Shown: one piece after another, positions 1 through 7,813 of the stretch | How positions within the stretch are numbered: position 1 is the stretch's first letter | Layout: every line of letters begins with the position of its first letter | Assembly (NCBI GenBank): GCA_963676105.1 | Contig: OY781039.1 | Location: 300,001 to 332,000 of the forward strand | Reading direction: 5' to 3' | Length of the DNA stretch: 32,000 nt | Source: Erysipelotrichaceae bacterium | GTDB lineage: Bacteria > Bacillota_I > Bacilli_A > Erysipelotrichales > Erysipelotrichaceae | Position numbers and translations under genes: made by a program | Notes under the pieces: model-generated | Told to the model about the DNA's origin: nothing | Seen by the model: only the letters and a program-made list of their open reading frames with translations | The model's database searches: none

Positions 1-335
1 TTTGCTTCATCTTTTCTTGTATGTGATACCACATGTAAGATAGAAATAACCATCGCAATGATAGCCATGAACAACAACATTTCATGCGTAAACATGGCAC
101 CAATGGTATATTCACTGGCTTGTACTGGTGTAGGACCAACTAAGGCAATCATGGCTGGATTCTGCATGATTTCAAATTCACCAATTAAGGCTTGACCTGC
201 GCCTAATTTATCAAAGGCTGGGACAAAACCAGCGGTTAATAAAACTAAAGAGATGACCCAAAAAACAATTTTTTTCCAATCTCTTTTGAGATGAATAAGT
301 AAGAGTAGTGGGAAACGGTAAACTTCTTTAAACAT
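1..335 (-). CDS. ABC-2 type exporter permease, N-terminal part (gene continues beyond window start)
   Basis: The minus-strand ATG at 335-333 lies 11 nt after the ATPase stop and is preceded by AGGAGA (rc of 341-346). My translation, MFKEVYRFPLLLLIHLKRDWKKIVFWVISLVLLTAGFVPAFDKLG..., stays open to position 1. The protein is hydrophobic, and its position downstream of the ATPase fits a permease partner. Confidence 0.6.
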   Translation of the reverse strand, partial: MFKEVYRFPLLLLIHLKRDWKKIVFWVISLVLLTAGFVPAFDKLGAGQALIGEFEIMQNPAMIALVGPTPVQASEYTIGAMFTHEMLLFMAIIAMVISILHVVSHTRKDEA

Positions 336-346
336 AGTATTCTCCT

Positions 347-1225
347 TTACTCTTCATAATGACGTCTAAATAAATCTTCTAAGGTAGGTGGTGTTAGTTC
401 GAATTTTTTAACATCCAAACGTGAAACTTTTTTAAGGAGTTCTTTCATTTCGCTGTTGTCGATGTAGAAACTCGCTTTATCATCAGTGAGTGTAAAATCA
501 TGAACACCTGCTAAACGTTCAATTCTCTCTAACTTATTCGCAATTAAAGTTACCGATGTACGGGTTAAGTGACGAAGTTCATCTAGGGTACCTGTTTCAA
601 CAATTTTACCTTGGCGAATAATGACAACCCGATCAGCTAAACGTTCTACTTCACTTAAGATATGGGAAGATAATAGTATTGCTTTTCCTTGCGCTTTGAG
701 TTTATCGACTTCTTCTTGAAAGATTGATTCCATCAGTGGATCAAGTCCAGAGGTGGGTTCATCAAAAATATAGAGATCAGCATCAACACTTAATGCAGAT
801 ATCAATGCGACTTTTTGGCGGTTTCCTTTGGAATAGGTTTTTGCTTTTTTCTTAGGATCTAAATCAAAACGTTTGATAAGTTCATCTCTTTTTTCGCTAT
901 TTCCATTGCCGTGGAGTTTCATAAAAATGTCAATGAGTTCACCCCCACTAAATCCTCCCCAGAAATTGACTTCGCCAGGTATATAAGAAATTTTTGTATG
1001 GATGTCTAGGCTATCTATCCAGGTATCTTTACCGAAGATAGTGGCATAACCAGCATCTTTTTTAAGAATTCCTAGTAAGATTCGGATTGTGGTAGATTTA
1101 CCTGCCCCATTAGGACCAATAAAACCTAAAACTTCACCTTCGTTCACAGTAAAACTAACATCATGTAAAGCCTTGAACTTACCAAAACTTTTTTGAAGAT
1201 GTTGAATATCTACAATTATTGACAT
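347..1225 (-). CDS. ABC transporter ATP-binding protein
   Basis: 292-aa ORF with Walker A GPNGAGKST, ABC signature SKGNRQKV, Walker B LYIFDEPTSGLD and H-loop SSHIL. AAGGAG SD lies upstream (rc of 1231-1236). Confidence 0.9.
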   Translation of the reverse strand: MSIIVDIQHLQKSFGKFKALHDVSFTVNEGEVLGFIGPNGAGKSTTIRILLGILKKDAGYATIFGKDTWIDSLDIHTKISYIPGEVNFWGGFSGGELIDIFMKLHGNGNSEKRDELIKRFDLDPKKKAKTYSKGNRQKVALISALSVDADLYIFDEPTSGLDPLMESIFQEEVDKLKAQGKAILLSSHILSEVERLADRVVIIRQGKIVETGTLDELRHLTRTSVTLIANKLERIERLAGVHDFTLTDDKASFYIDNSEMKELLKKVSRLDVKKFELTPPTLEDLFRRHYEE

Positions 1226-1441
1226 AACGACTCCTTTGATTAATAGATTAATCTATTTAATGGTAAAACGCTCTATCTATGATGTCAATTTTAACGAGTA
1301 ACTTGAAACATTTATTTCAAATCATTCAAATCATTGTATTTCATTTTTGAATGTGAATTAAAACAATAATCATATTAAAAGGAATTTTAAGACATTTAAC
1401 GTATACTTGAAGCATATCTTTTAGATTTGAATGAGGTGCAT

Positions 1442-1903
1442 ATGGATCATCGTTACTTTGATTACTTATTAGAATTTAATGGAACACGGGATTATTATAA
1501 ATGCCATGATTTTTTAGAGGAGTGGTGGTATGAAATTAATCATCCTAAAGATCATATCTTAGTCGCTTTTATTCAGCTTGCTGTGGGCATGTTTCAATGG
1601 CGCAGAGGAAATATCAATGGCGCAAATAAAATGTTCGAAGGTGCATATTTTATTTTTGAAGCGCATAAAGATGAAATTATTGATTACGGTATTGATGAGG
1701 AAAAACTTTTTGAGATTATTACCCGAGTTCATAAATCAATGCTCTATCATGAAGACTTCTATGATGTCAATCTTCCGCTCATTGATAAAACTATGTTATC
1801 AAAACTTGAAACATTAGCTTCTGATAGGGATTTACGTCTCTATCAAGCTTCCAATTTAGACGATTATCATTTAGTTCATAAACACCTTAAACGGATTAGC
1901 TAG
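1442..1903 (+). CDS. DUF309 domain protein
   Basis: The ORF track starts at TTG 1427. ATG 1442 follows GAGGTG and is preferred. The block FNGTRDYYKCHDFLEEWW matches the DUF309 signature as I remember it. Confidence 0.65.
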   Translation: MDHRYFDYLLEFNGTRDYYKCHDFLEEWWYEINHPKDHILVAFIQLAVGMFQWRRGNINGANKMFEGAYFIFEAHKDEIIDYGIDEEKLFEIITRVHKSMLYHEDFYDVNLPLIDKTMLSKLETLASDRDLRLYQASNLDDYHLVHKHLKRIS

Positions 1904-1964
1904 ACTAGTTTAAGGTGTTTTTTTCAAGTATACTAAGAACATATTGTTTATAGGAGGTTTAAAA

Positions 1965-2360
1965 ATGTCACGCATACAACAAGAAGATCAAATCAAAGCT
2001 TATTTTAAGGTCTGGTTAGATCGTGATATTAAAGCTTTAAATCAAATCTTTTCTAAGGATGTTTACTACGCGGAATGTATGGGTCCTGAATATCGTGGTT
2101 TGTATCAAGTAGAAGAGTGGATTAAGTTTATGTTTAATAAACAAATCGTTCTTAAATGGGATATTCATGAAATGATTCCTTCTTTAGATCAAAAGCAAAT
2201 GACTGTGATTTGGACCTTTAAATGCGAAGAAGATAAGATTTATGAATTTGATGGTTGCTCAATTATTAAGTTTGATAATGAAGATAGAATTCTATCTATT
2301 GTTGAATATGAAGCACTAAAAGATAAAGAAACACCTAAATATATCATGGAGTCAAAATAA
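1965..2360 (+). CDS. SnoaL/NTF2-like small protein (function unknown)
   Basis: ATG 1965 lies 7 nt after AGGAGG (1952-1957); the tracked start at 1944 is a TTG upstream. The protein is about 131 aa. The size and sequence pattern resemble NTF2-like fold proteins, but the assignment is weak. Confidence 0.5.
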   Translation: MSRIQQEDQIKAYFKVWLDRDIKALNQIFSKDVYYAECMGPEYRGLYQVEEWIKFMFNKQIVLKWDIHEMIPSLDQKQMTVIWTFKCEEDKIYEFDGCSIIKFDNEDRILSIVEYEALKDKETPKYIMESK

Positions 2361-2827
2361 TGGAGTTTAGATTTGCGCATCGTGAAGATATAAAATTAAT
2401 ATTAAGTTTTATTGAGAAACTCGCTGATTATGAAAATATGACTGACGATGTTGTCGCAACACCTGAACTCTTAGAAGAGTGGATCTTTGATAAATCAAAA
2501 GCTGAAGTCTTGTTTGTATCAGATGAGAATCAAGAAGTTGGCATGGCTTTGTTTTTTCATAACTTTTCTACCTTCTTAGGAAAAGGTGGCATCTATTTAG
2601 AAGATTTATATGTATTAAAAGAAAATAGAGGAAGGGGTTATGGTAAAGCTCTTTTAAAAAAACTTGCTGAAATTACAGTGGAAAGAGGTTGTGGAAGATT
2701 AGAATGGGCTTGTCTTAATTGGAATCAACCAAGTATCGATTTCTATTTATCGCTTGGCGCACAACGCATGGACGAATGGAATGTTTATCGACTAGCTGGT
2801 GATTCTTTAATTAAAGCATCACAATAA
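2360..2827 (+). CDS. GNAT family N-acetyltransferase (diamine/spermidine acetyltransferase-like)
   Basis: 155 aa with acetyl-CoA motif RGRGYGKALL. The EDLYV and WNQPSIDFY blocks are typical of SSAT-like GNATs. The start overlaps the previous stop (TAATG at 2358-2362). Confidence 0.85.
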   Translation: MEFRFAHREDIKLILSFIEKLADYENMTDDVVATPELLEEWIFDKSKAEVLFVSDENQEVGMALFFHNFSTFLGKGGIYLEDLYVLKENRGRGYGKALLKKLAEITVERGCGRLEWACLNWNQPSIDFYLSLGAQRMDEWNVYRLAGDSLIKASQ

Positions 2828-2885
2828 AATGACAACTAAGATAATATTACTTGCTTTTTAGATTTTAGCGTTTTATTTTAGAAAT

Positions 2886-3254
2886 ATGGAAAAATCATTT
2901 GAAAGCTATCTTGAGAAACAAAGTCCACAAGCTCAAGACAAATTTAATTTAATATTTGCATGGATTGATGAGAACTATCCTCAATTTGAGAAAGTGATTA
3001 AGTGGAATCAACCAATGTATACAGATCATGAAACATTTATTATTGGTTTTTCTGCTTCTAAAAAACACATTTCAGTTTCACCTGAACCAGCCATCGTTCA
3101 GCGTTTTCAAAAAGAATTAGAAGAGGCTAATTATAATCCAAGCAGTAATTTATTTAGGATTACATGGGATCAAGAAGTTAATTTTGATTTACTAAAACAA
3201 ATGATTGATGTTCAAGTTATCGAAAAACAAGACTTTAATGGATTTTGGCGATAA
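2886..3254 (+). CDS. DUF1801 (YdhG-like) domain protein
   Basis: 122 aa. The pattern KWNQPMYTDHETFIIGFSASKKHISVSP is typical of the YdhG/DUF1801 family. There is no SD; see the leaderless finding. Confidence 0.6.
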   Translation: MEKSFESYLEKQSPQAQDKFNLIFAWIDENYPQFEKVIKWNQPMYTDHETFIIGFSASKKHISVSPEPAIVQRFQKELEEANYNPSSNLFRITWDQEVNFDLLKQMIDVQVIEKQDFNGFWR

Positions 3255-3273
3255 AAAGAGATGCACTGCATCT

Positions 3274-4398
3274 CTATTTTTTTACGATTTTGATTTCAGG
3301 GGAAGGGTAGCGAGCATTTAGTATGCCAATCACTTCATTGTTTCTTAGATATACGCGTGGTATTCGATCATTGAGTTGTACTAAAAGTTCATAGGGTATC
3401 GTTCCACAATGTTCAGCCAATTTATGAATATCTAAGTTTGGACCAAGTAGTTCAACTTCTGTACCGATTGGATATTTTTTATCTAATTTAATGACAGATA
3501 AATCCATACTAATACGTCCCACAAATTCAGCATAAGAGCCTTCAACATAAGCTTTAGCCCCTTGGAAGAATCGAGAGAATCCATCAGCATAACCAATACT
3601 TAAAGTTCCTATCCATTCATCTTGCGTTGTTGTATAGGTAGCGTTATAACCAATGTTTTCGGCAGCTTTAACCAGTTTTACATCATGCAAGTGCGTTACA
3701 AGCCGCATAACAGGTTTTAAGTCGACGCTATAATCCGAATAGCCATATAACGATAAGCCAATTCTCACCGCATTACAGTGGGGTGTAGGGAAGTTTGCGA
3801 CACCGCCAGAGTTTGAAGCATGTACCCATTTAAAAGATCGATCTAAACCTTCTAAAGTTTGTATAAATAATTCATATTGTTGTGGGGTTAATGGAGAATC
3901 TTTTTCATCACTCGCAATAAAGTGCGTAAATAATCCTTCAACATTAATTTTCTTTTGATCACATAAGTTTAAAGCATCTTGAACATCACTAGGGGAGATA
4001 CCATAACGATTTAAGCCTGTATTCACTTTCATGTGGCAAGTTAAACCTTTTTTAACTGGTAAATCTTTAATCCATTCATAGCTTAATATGGAAAGGGTTA
4101 AATCATTTTTAATGCATAAATCTAAATCTTCATAGGCAACATAACCAAGAACTAAGATTTTAGATGTAATTCCTTTTTCTCGTAAGTTTAAAGCTTCGTC
4201 TAACGTTGCGACACCAAAGAAATGGACACCTAAGCTTTCAAGTTCTTTTGCATACATCACATCTCCATGACCATAAGCATTCGCTTTAATAATGGCAATC
4301 AATGTATTTTGGTGATAGTTGTATAAAGATTTTATATTGTAAGCTAGAGCATCTAAATCAATATATGCAACGGTTTGTCTATAATAGGGTTTCATCAT
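3274..4398 (-). CDS. alr: alanine racemase
   Basis: 374 aa with the PLP-lysine motif AIIKANAYGHG near the N-terminus. The length and C-terminal beta-domain pattern are typical of Alr. The start overlaps the stop of the upstream gene (ATGATGA at 4392-4398). Confidence 0.9.
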   Translation of the reverse strand: MMKPYYRQTVAYIDLDALAYNIKSLYNYHQNTLIAIIKANAYGHGDVMYAKELESLGVHFFGVATLDEALNLREKGITSKILVLGYVAYEDLDLCIKNDLTLSILSYEWIKDLPVKKGLTCHMKVNTGLNRYGISPSDVQDALNLCDQKKINVEGLFTHFIASDEKDSPLTPQQYELFIQTLEGLDRSFKWVHASNSGGVANFPTPHCNAVRIGLSLYGYSDYSVDLKPVMRLVTHLHDVKLVKAAENIGYNATYTTTQDEWIGTLSIGYADGFSRFFQGAKAYVEGSYAEFVGRISMDLSVIKLDKKYPIGTEVELLGPNLDIHKLAEHCGTIPYELLVQLNDRIPRVYLRNNEVIGILNARYPSPEIKIVKK

Positions 4399-4808
4399 AT
4401 GATTCGTGCCTGCTGATATGCAAAGTAAGCACCACCAGCGATAAATAAGAGGTGTAGCATCCCATTTATATTCGATAAACTATTTAATGTAATCGATATA
4501 ATAACTTGTGGCCAATACATAAAAAGTAGACCAACATAAGTAACAGCATCTGATATTAAAAAAGATATGACGGCTAATATAGCAGCAAGATATGAGAACT
4601 TAGCTTGTACGCCACGTCCATATTTTCTGATCACATCTCCTATTAACCATCCAATACCTAGGTATATAATAGAGAAGCGAATAGGTAATATTCTAACGAT
4701 ATAACCATAAGCAATTCCAAGGATTAAAGCCGTTGGTATACCTACGATTAATGCTTTCGTAAAGCGTTGATTTTGGCTTAAAGCGCGGGTGTTAAATACT
4801 TTCATCAT
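4395..4808 (-). CDS. small integral membrane protein (about 4 TM), function unknown
   Basis: 137-aa hydrophobic ORF, translationally coupled to alr by a 4-nt overlap. It has no recognisable motif. The start could be ATG 4808 or ATG 4805. Confidence 0.6.
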   Translation of the reverse strand: MMKVFNTRALSQNQRFTKALIVGIPTALILGIAYGYIVRILPIRFSIIYLGIGWLIGDVIRKYGRGVQAKFSYLAAILAVISFLISDAVTYVGLLFMYWPQVIISITLNSLSNINGMLHLLFIAGGAYFAYQQARII

Positions 4809-4817
4809 AATGGGATT

Positions 4818-4846
4818 ATTATAGCATGCTAGCGATGTTAGTCCAA
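4818..4846 (-). promoter_or_regulatory. sigma-A type promoter for the membrane-protein/alr operon
   Basis: On the minus strand: TTGGAC (rc of 4841-4846), a 17-nt spacer, then TATAAT (rc of 4818-4823). The ATG lies only 9 nt downstream and there is no SD. Confidence 0.55.
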
Positions 4847-4882
4847 AGTGAAAAATAGTGATTAAAAATGCTTGATTTTGTG

Positions 4883-4911
4883 TTGACGCACCTTTTTGCC
4901 TATGGTATATT
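4883..4911 (+). promoter_or_regulatory. promoter of the tRNA array
   Basis: TTGACG (4883-4888), a 17-nt spacer ending in TGg (extended -10), then TATATT (4906-4911). This lies about 25 nt upstream of tRNA-Val. Confidence 0.6.
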
Positions 4912-4935
4912 TATAAGGCACTTACGCAATGTAGT

Positions 4936-5011
4936 GGAGGCTTAGCTCAGCTGGGAGAGCATCTGCCTTACAAGCAGAGGGTCGGGGGTTCGAGCCCCTC
5001 AGCCTCCACCA
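4936..5011 (+). tRNA. tRNA-Val (anticodon TAC)
   Basis: Hand-folded cloverleaf with acceptor GGAGGCT/AGCCTCC, anticodon loop CTTACAA, T-loop TTCGAGC and an encoded CCA. Confidence 0.92.
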
Positions 5012-5025
5012 TTTTATTTGAAATT

Positions 5026-5101
5026 GCCGGCTTAGCTCAACTGGTAGAGCAACTGATTTGTAATCAGTAGGTTGTGGGTTCAAGTCCTATAGCCGGCACC
5101 A
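5026..5101 (+). tRNA. tRNA-Thr (anticodon TGT)
   Basis: Acceptor GCCGGCT/AGCCGGC, anticodon stem ACTGA/TCAGT with loop TTTGTAA, T-loop TTCAAGT and an encoded CCA. Confidence 0.92.
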
Positions 5102-5129
5102 TTTACTAGATTACCTTATACCCCCATTC

Positions 5130-5214
5130 GGGGGGGTAGCGAAGTGGCTAAACGCGGTTGACTGTAACTCAATTCTCTCCGAGTTCGGCGGTTCGAATCC
5201 GCCCCCCCCCACCA
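5130..5214 (+). tRNA. tRNA-Tyr (anticodon GTA), long variable arm
   Basis: Acceptor GGGGGGG/CCCCCCC, anticodon loop CTGTAAC, long variable arm, T-arm GGCGG-TTCGAAT-CCGCC and an encoded CCA. Length 85 nt. Confidence 0.9.
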
Positions 5215-5227
5215 TTCTTAAGGTAAT

Positions 5228-5303
5228 TGGGGTATAGCCAAGCGGTAAGGCACCAGACTTTGACTCTGGCATTTCCCTGGTTCGAATCCAGGTACCCCAG
5301 CCA
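5228..5303 (+). tRNA. tRNA-Gln (anticodon TTG)
   Basis: Acceptor TGGGGTA/TACCCCA, anticodon stem CCAGA/TCTGG with loop CTTTGAC, T-arm CCTGG-TTCGAAT-CCAGG, discriminator G and an encoded CCA. Confidence 0.9.
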
Positions 5304-5310
5304 TAAATGT

Positions 5311-5386
5311 GACCCGTTAGCTCAGTTGGTAGAGCAACTGACTTTTAATCAGTGGGTCGAAGGTTCGAATCCTTTACGGGTCACCA
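5311..5386 (+). tRNA. tRNA-Lys (anticodon TTT)
   Basis: Acceptor GACCCGT/ACGGGTC, anticodon stem ACTGA/TCAGT with loop CTTTTAA, T-loop TTCGAAT and an encoded CCA. Confidence 0.92.
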
Positions 5387-5413
5387 TTTATTTCTTAAAG
5401 TCAAAAAAATGAT

Positions 5414-5487
5414 GCGGATGTAGTTCAATGGTAGAACTTCAGCCTTCCAAGCTGACTACGTGGGTTCGATTCCCATCATCCGCTCCA
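5414..5487 (+). tRNA. tRNA-Gly (anticodon TCC)
   Basis: Acceptor GCGGATG/CATCCGC, anticodon stem TCAGC/GCTGA with loop CTTCCAA, T-loop TTCGATT, discriminator T and an encoded CCA. Confidence 0.92.
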
Positions 5488-5498
5488 TATGACAACTT

Positions 5499-5523
5499 AG
5501 CTCCTTACTGGAGCTTTTATTAT
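5499..5523 (+). terminator. rho-independent terminator of the tRNA array
   Basis: Hairpin AGCTCC-ttact-GGAGCT (5499-5515) followed by TTTTATTAT. Confidence 0.7.
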
Positions 5524-5719
5524 GTTTTGTATACTTTTTTAAGGTTTGTAATTGTATTGTTTTGATTTATATGATAAATTCAAGACGCTAGTTCTCAGTA
5601 GTTTAAGAATTTAAAAATTACATACGTTCAATTTACTTAGTAATAGTATTTCCTCGTAATTAATTTAATAAATTTTGGAATTTCGGAAAAGCAAATTATC
5701 CAAGAAGGAGGAATATTCA

Positions 5720-5917
5720 ATGACTGGTAAAGTTAAATGGTTTAACCCAGAAAAAGGATTTGGCTTCATTACTAATGAAGAAGGCGTTGATGTATTTGTA
5801 CATCATACTAAAATCCAAAAAAGCGGATTTAAAACATTAGAAGAAGGCGAAGCAGTTTCTTTTGATCAAGTACAAGGTCAAAAAGGACTACAAGCTGAAA
5901 ATGTTGTATCAATCTAA
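5720..5917 (+). CDS. cold-shock protein (CspA family)
   Basis: 65 aa from ATG 5720, 8 nt after AAGGAGG (the tracked upstream start at 5675 is unlikely). RNP1 KGFGFI and RNP2 VFVHH motifs are present. The long AT-rich 5' leader is typical of csp genes. Confidence 0.92.
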   Translation: MTGKVKWFNPEKGFGFITNEEGVDVFVHHTKIQKSGFKTLEEGEAVSFDQVQGQKGLQAENVVSI

Positions 5918-5940
5918 ATTATTTATTGAAGTATTATATT

Positions 5941-5968
5941 AAGGATTTCTAGAAGAAGTCCTTTTTAT
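5941..5968 (+). terminator. rho-independent terminator after csp
   Basis: Hairpin AAGGATTTC-tagaa-GAAGTCCTT (one G-U pair) followed by TTTTATATT. Confidence 0.7.
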
Positions 5969-6002
5969 ATTCCTAAAGTTTAAATACAATATATATATTT
6001 AG

Positions 6003-6011
6003 TGTTATAAT
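6003..6011 (+). promoter_or_regulatory. extended -10 promoter of the 6048-8537 membrane-protein operon
   Basis: TGtTATAAT (TG at 6003-6004, TATAAT at 6006-6011) lies between the csp terminator and the SD GGTGGTGGGAAG of the first ORF. I saw no good -35 box. Confidence 0.5.
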
Positions 6012-6047
6012 TTATTTGTACTTACAAATAAAACGGTGGTGGGAAGT

Positions 6048-7187
6048 ATGAATAAGAAATGTCCTATATGTAATCATGGAATTAGTTATTGGGATATATT
6101 TAAATATCAATTTTCATTAAAAGGTATTAAGTGTTCGAACTGTAATACACGTATCATTTTTAATTATGGAATTTTAGGAAGGGTAGTGCTGTTTGTCGCA
6201 CTTTTATTATTTATACAATTACCTAGAGATATTAGTTGGATTGTGTTTATTATTTTTGTTTTTCTAAATCCGTTACTTCAATTAAAATTTGCGAAGGTTA
6301 AAGAAACTGCAGATGAAATCATTTCAAAAGAAAATGAGAAAATTGAGTCTGAATTTATAAGTATTCATATGATTCTAAGAATAAGACGAATAGTGTTATA
6401 TACATTTATCTTTCTTATTCCTGCGCTAATAATTTCAACACTATATATAACTGTGAATTTAAATGATCTAAGTTATTCTTTTAGAACCATACTGATTCCT
6501 TTGTTTCATTACATTAGTTTCTTAATATTTGAATCTATTTTTATTGTTCTTGTCAAACCAAAATTTGTTTACAAAGTTATTAATTCATTTTATAGATATA
6601 ATGGTTATTTTGTAGCTTGGCTTTCACTAAGTTTTTTGGCCATGATTATGTTGGATTTTATTGTTTTAGATTATGTTAGATTAATTGCTGCATATGTATT
6701 TGCACTAACAATCTTACTTGCGCTTTTTTCTATTTTTTTCCAATATCAAGAAAATAGAAATGGTAAGAAAATTAAAATAAACCTAAGTAAAATGTTTGTT
6801 TTACTTATTTTCATCAGTTTAATTTCATATTCAGCATATTTATATTTTTATGATGAACCGAAAGAATCAAACTATATAGAATTAAGCCAGGAAGAAATAT
6901 GGAATCATGTTTTTACAGGACCAAGTGGCGTAATTAGTGACACAATAGATTTTGTTCAAGTCAATTATGAAGAAAATCTACTAATCATTAATAAAGTTAA
7001 CTCTAACACAATGTTGGACTGTGAAATTACTGAAACAAAACTAAGCTGTATTACAAATGACGAATTATGGGAGATTAATGTAGTTGGACAAAGGTCATAT
7101 TCGTTAAGGATATTTAAGAGTGACATGATTCAATTTCAATCAGGAATTGTAATATTAACCGATGAAATTGAATATACGGATCGCTAG
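6048..7187 (+). CDS. multi-pass membrane protein with N-terminal CxxC-x20-CxxC zinc ribbon and C-terminal soluble domain, function unknown
   Basis: ATG 6048 lies after GGTGGTGGGAAG; the tracked GTG at 6036 is 4 codons upstream. The N-terminus MNKKCPICNH-x-CSNCNT has exactly 20 residues between the two CxxC pairs. About 8 hydrophobic segments follow, then a roughly 110-aa non-hydrophobic tail. Confidence 0.7.
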   Translation: MNKKCPICNHGISYWDIFKYQFSLKGIKCSNCNTRIIFNYGILGRVVLFVALLLFIQLPRDISWIVFIIFVFLNPLLQLKFAKVKETADEIISKENEKIESEFISIHMILRIRRIVLYTFIFLIPALIISTLYITVNLNDLSYSFRTILIPLFHYISFLIFESIFIVLVKPKFVYKVINSFYRYNGYFVAWLSLSFLAMIMLDFIVLDYVRLIAAYVFALTILLALFSIFFQYQENRNGKKIKINLSKMFVLLIFISLISYSAYLYFYDEPKESNYIELSQEEIWNHVFTGPSGVISDTIDFVQVNYEENLLIINKVNSNTMLDCEITETKLSCITNDELWEINVVGQRSYSLRIFKSDMIQFQSGIVILTDEIEYTDR

Positions 7188-7188
7188 A

Positions 7189-7770
7189 ATGAAAAAAATA
7201 TTAAATAGCGTATTTTATGTTTATGCAATGTTTTGTTTGTTCTATACATTAATAACGTTTGATCAATTTATGATGGAATATAGTTTTTATTATTTTGATC
7301 ATGATATTGCGTTGTATAATCTTGGAATTGTATTATTAATTCTTATTTTGTGGCTATCTTATAAAAACAAAATTAGACCAATTTCACTCATTCTTATAAT
7401 ATTAGTTGTAAACCGATGTTTGTATGTAATGAATCATGCATTAGAACTTGGACTGACTTTAAATAATCTATTTTTTGGACAAATTGGATTAATCAGATTT
7501 ATCTCATATTTAATCATTATTTTGCTTAATTTATTATTATCAAAGATTAATATTGATAAGTTTCAAATCCCTTCTGTTTTTATAATTGTGTTATCCTTAA
7601 TAGCTTCTTTTTTATTTGCTTTTAACTATGGTGTTTTTAACAATGAATTAGCTCTTGAAAGAACGAGTTTTGATTTTGATAATGGATTACATATCTTGCT
7701 TTTTGCTTTTTTAAATCTCTCACAATTAGATGTTTTTGATATAAAAAATAATAAGTATCATTTGAAATGA
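7189..7770 (+). CDS. polytopic membrane protein, function unknown
   Basis: Hydrophobic ORF with about 5-6 TM segments. ATG 7189 is preferred because it sits just after the upstream stop (TAGAATG). An alternative ATG at 7162 would overlap the upstream gene by 26 nt. There is no clear SD for either start. Confidence 0.6.
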   Translation: MKKILNSVFYVYAMFCLFYTLITFDQFMMEYSFYYFDHDIALYNLGIVLLILILWLSYKNKIRPISLILIILVVNRCLYVMNHALELGLTLNNLFFGQIGLIRFISYLIIILLNLLLSKINIDKFQIPSVFIIVLSLIASFLFAFNYGVFNNELALERTSFDFDNGLHILLFAFLNLSQLDVFDIKNNKYHLK

Positions 7771-7813
7771 AAATTGTATTTTTTCTTAACATTTAGAGAA
7801 GGAGTGTAAAAAC

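Noticed and set aside
1578-1817. 79-aa ORF in an alternative frame
   Set aside because: It is nested inside the DUF309 gene on the same strand, has no SD and has junk-like composition.
5227-5412. 61-aa ORF in the six-frame track
   Set aside because: It lies entirely across tRNA-Gln, tRNA-Lys and their spacers. It is a by-product of translating structured RNA genes.
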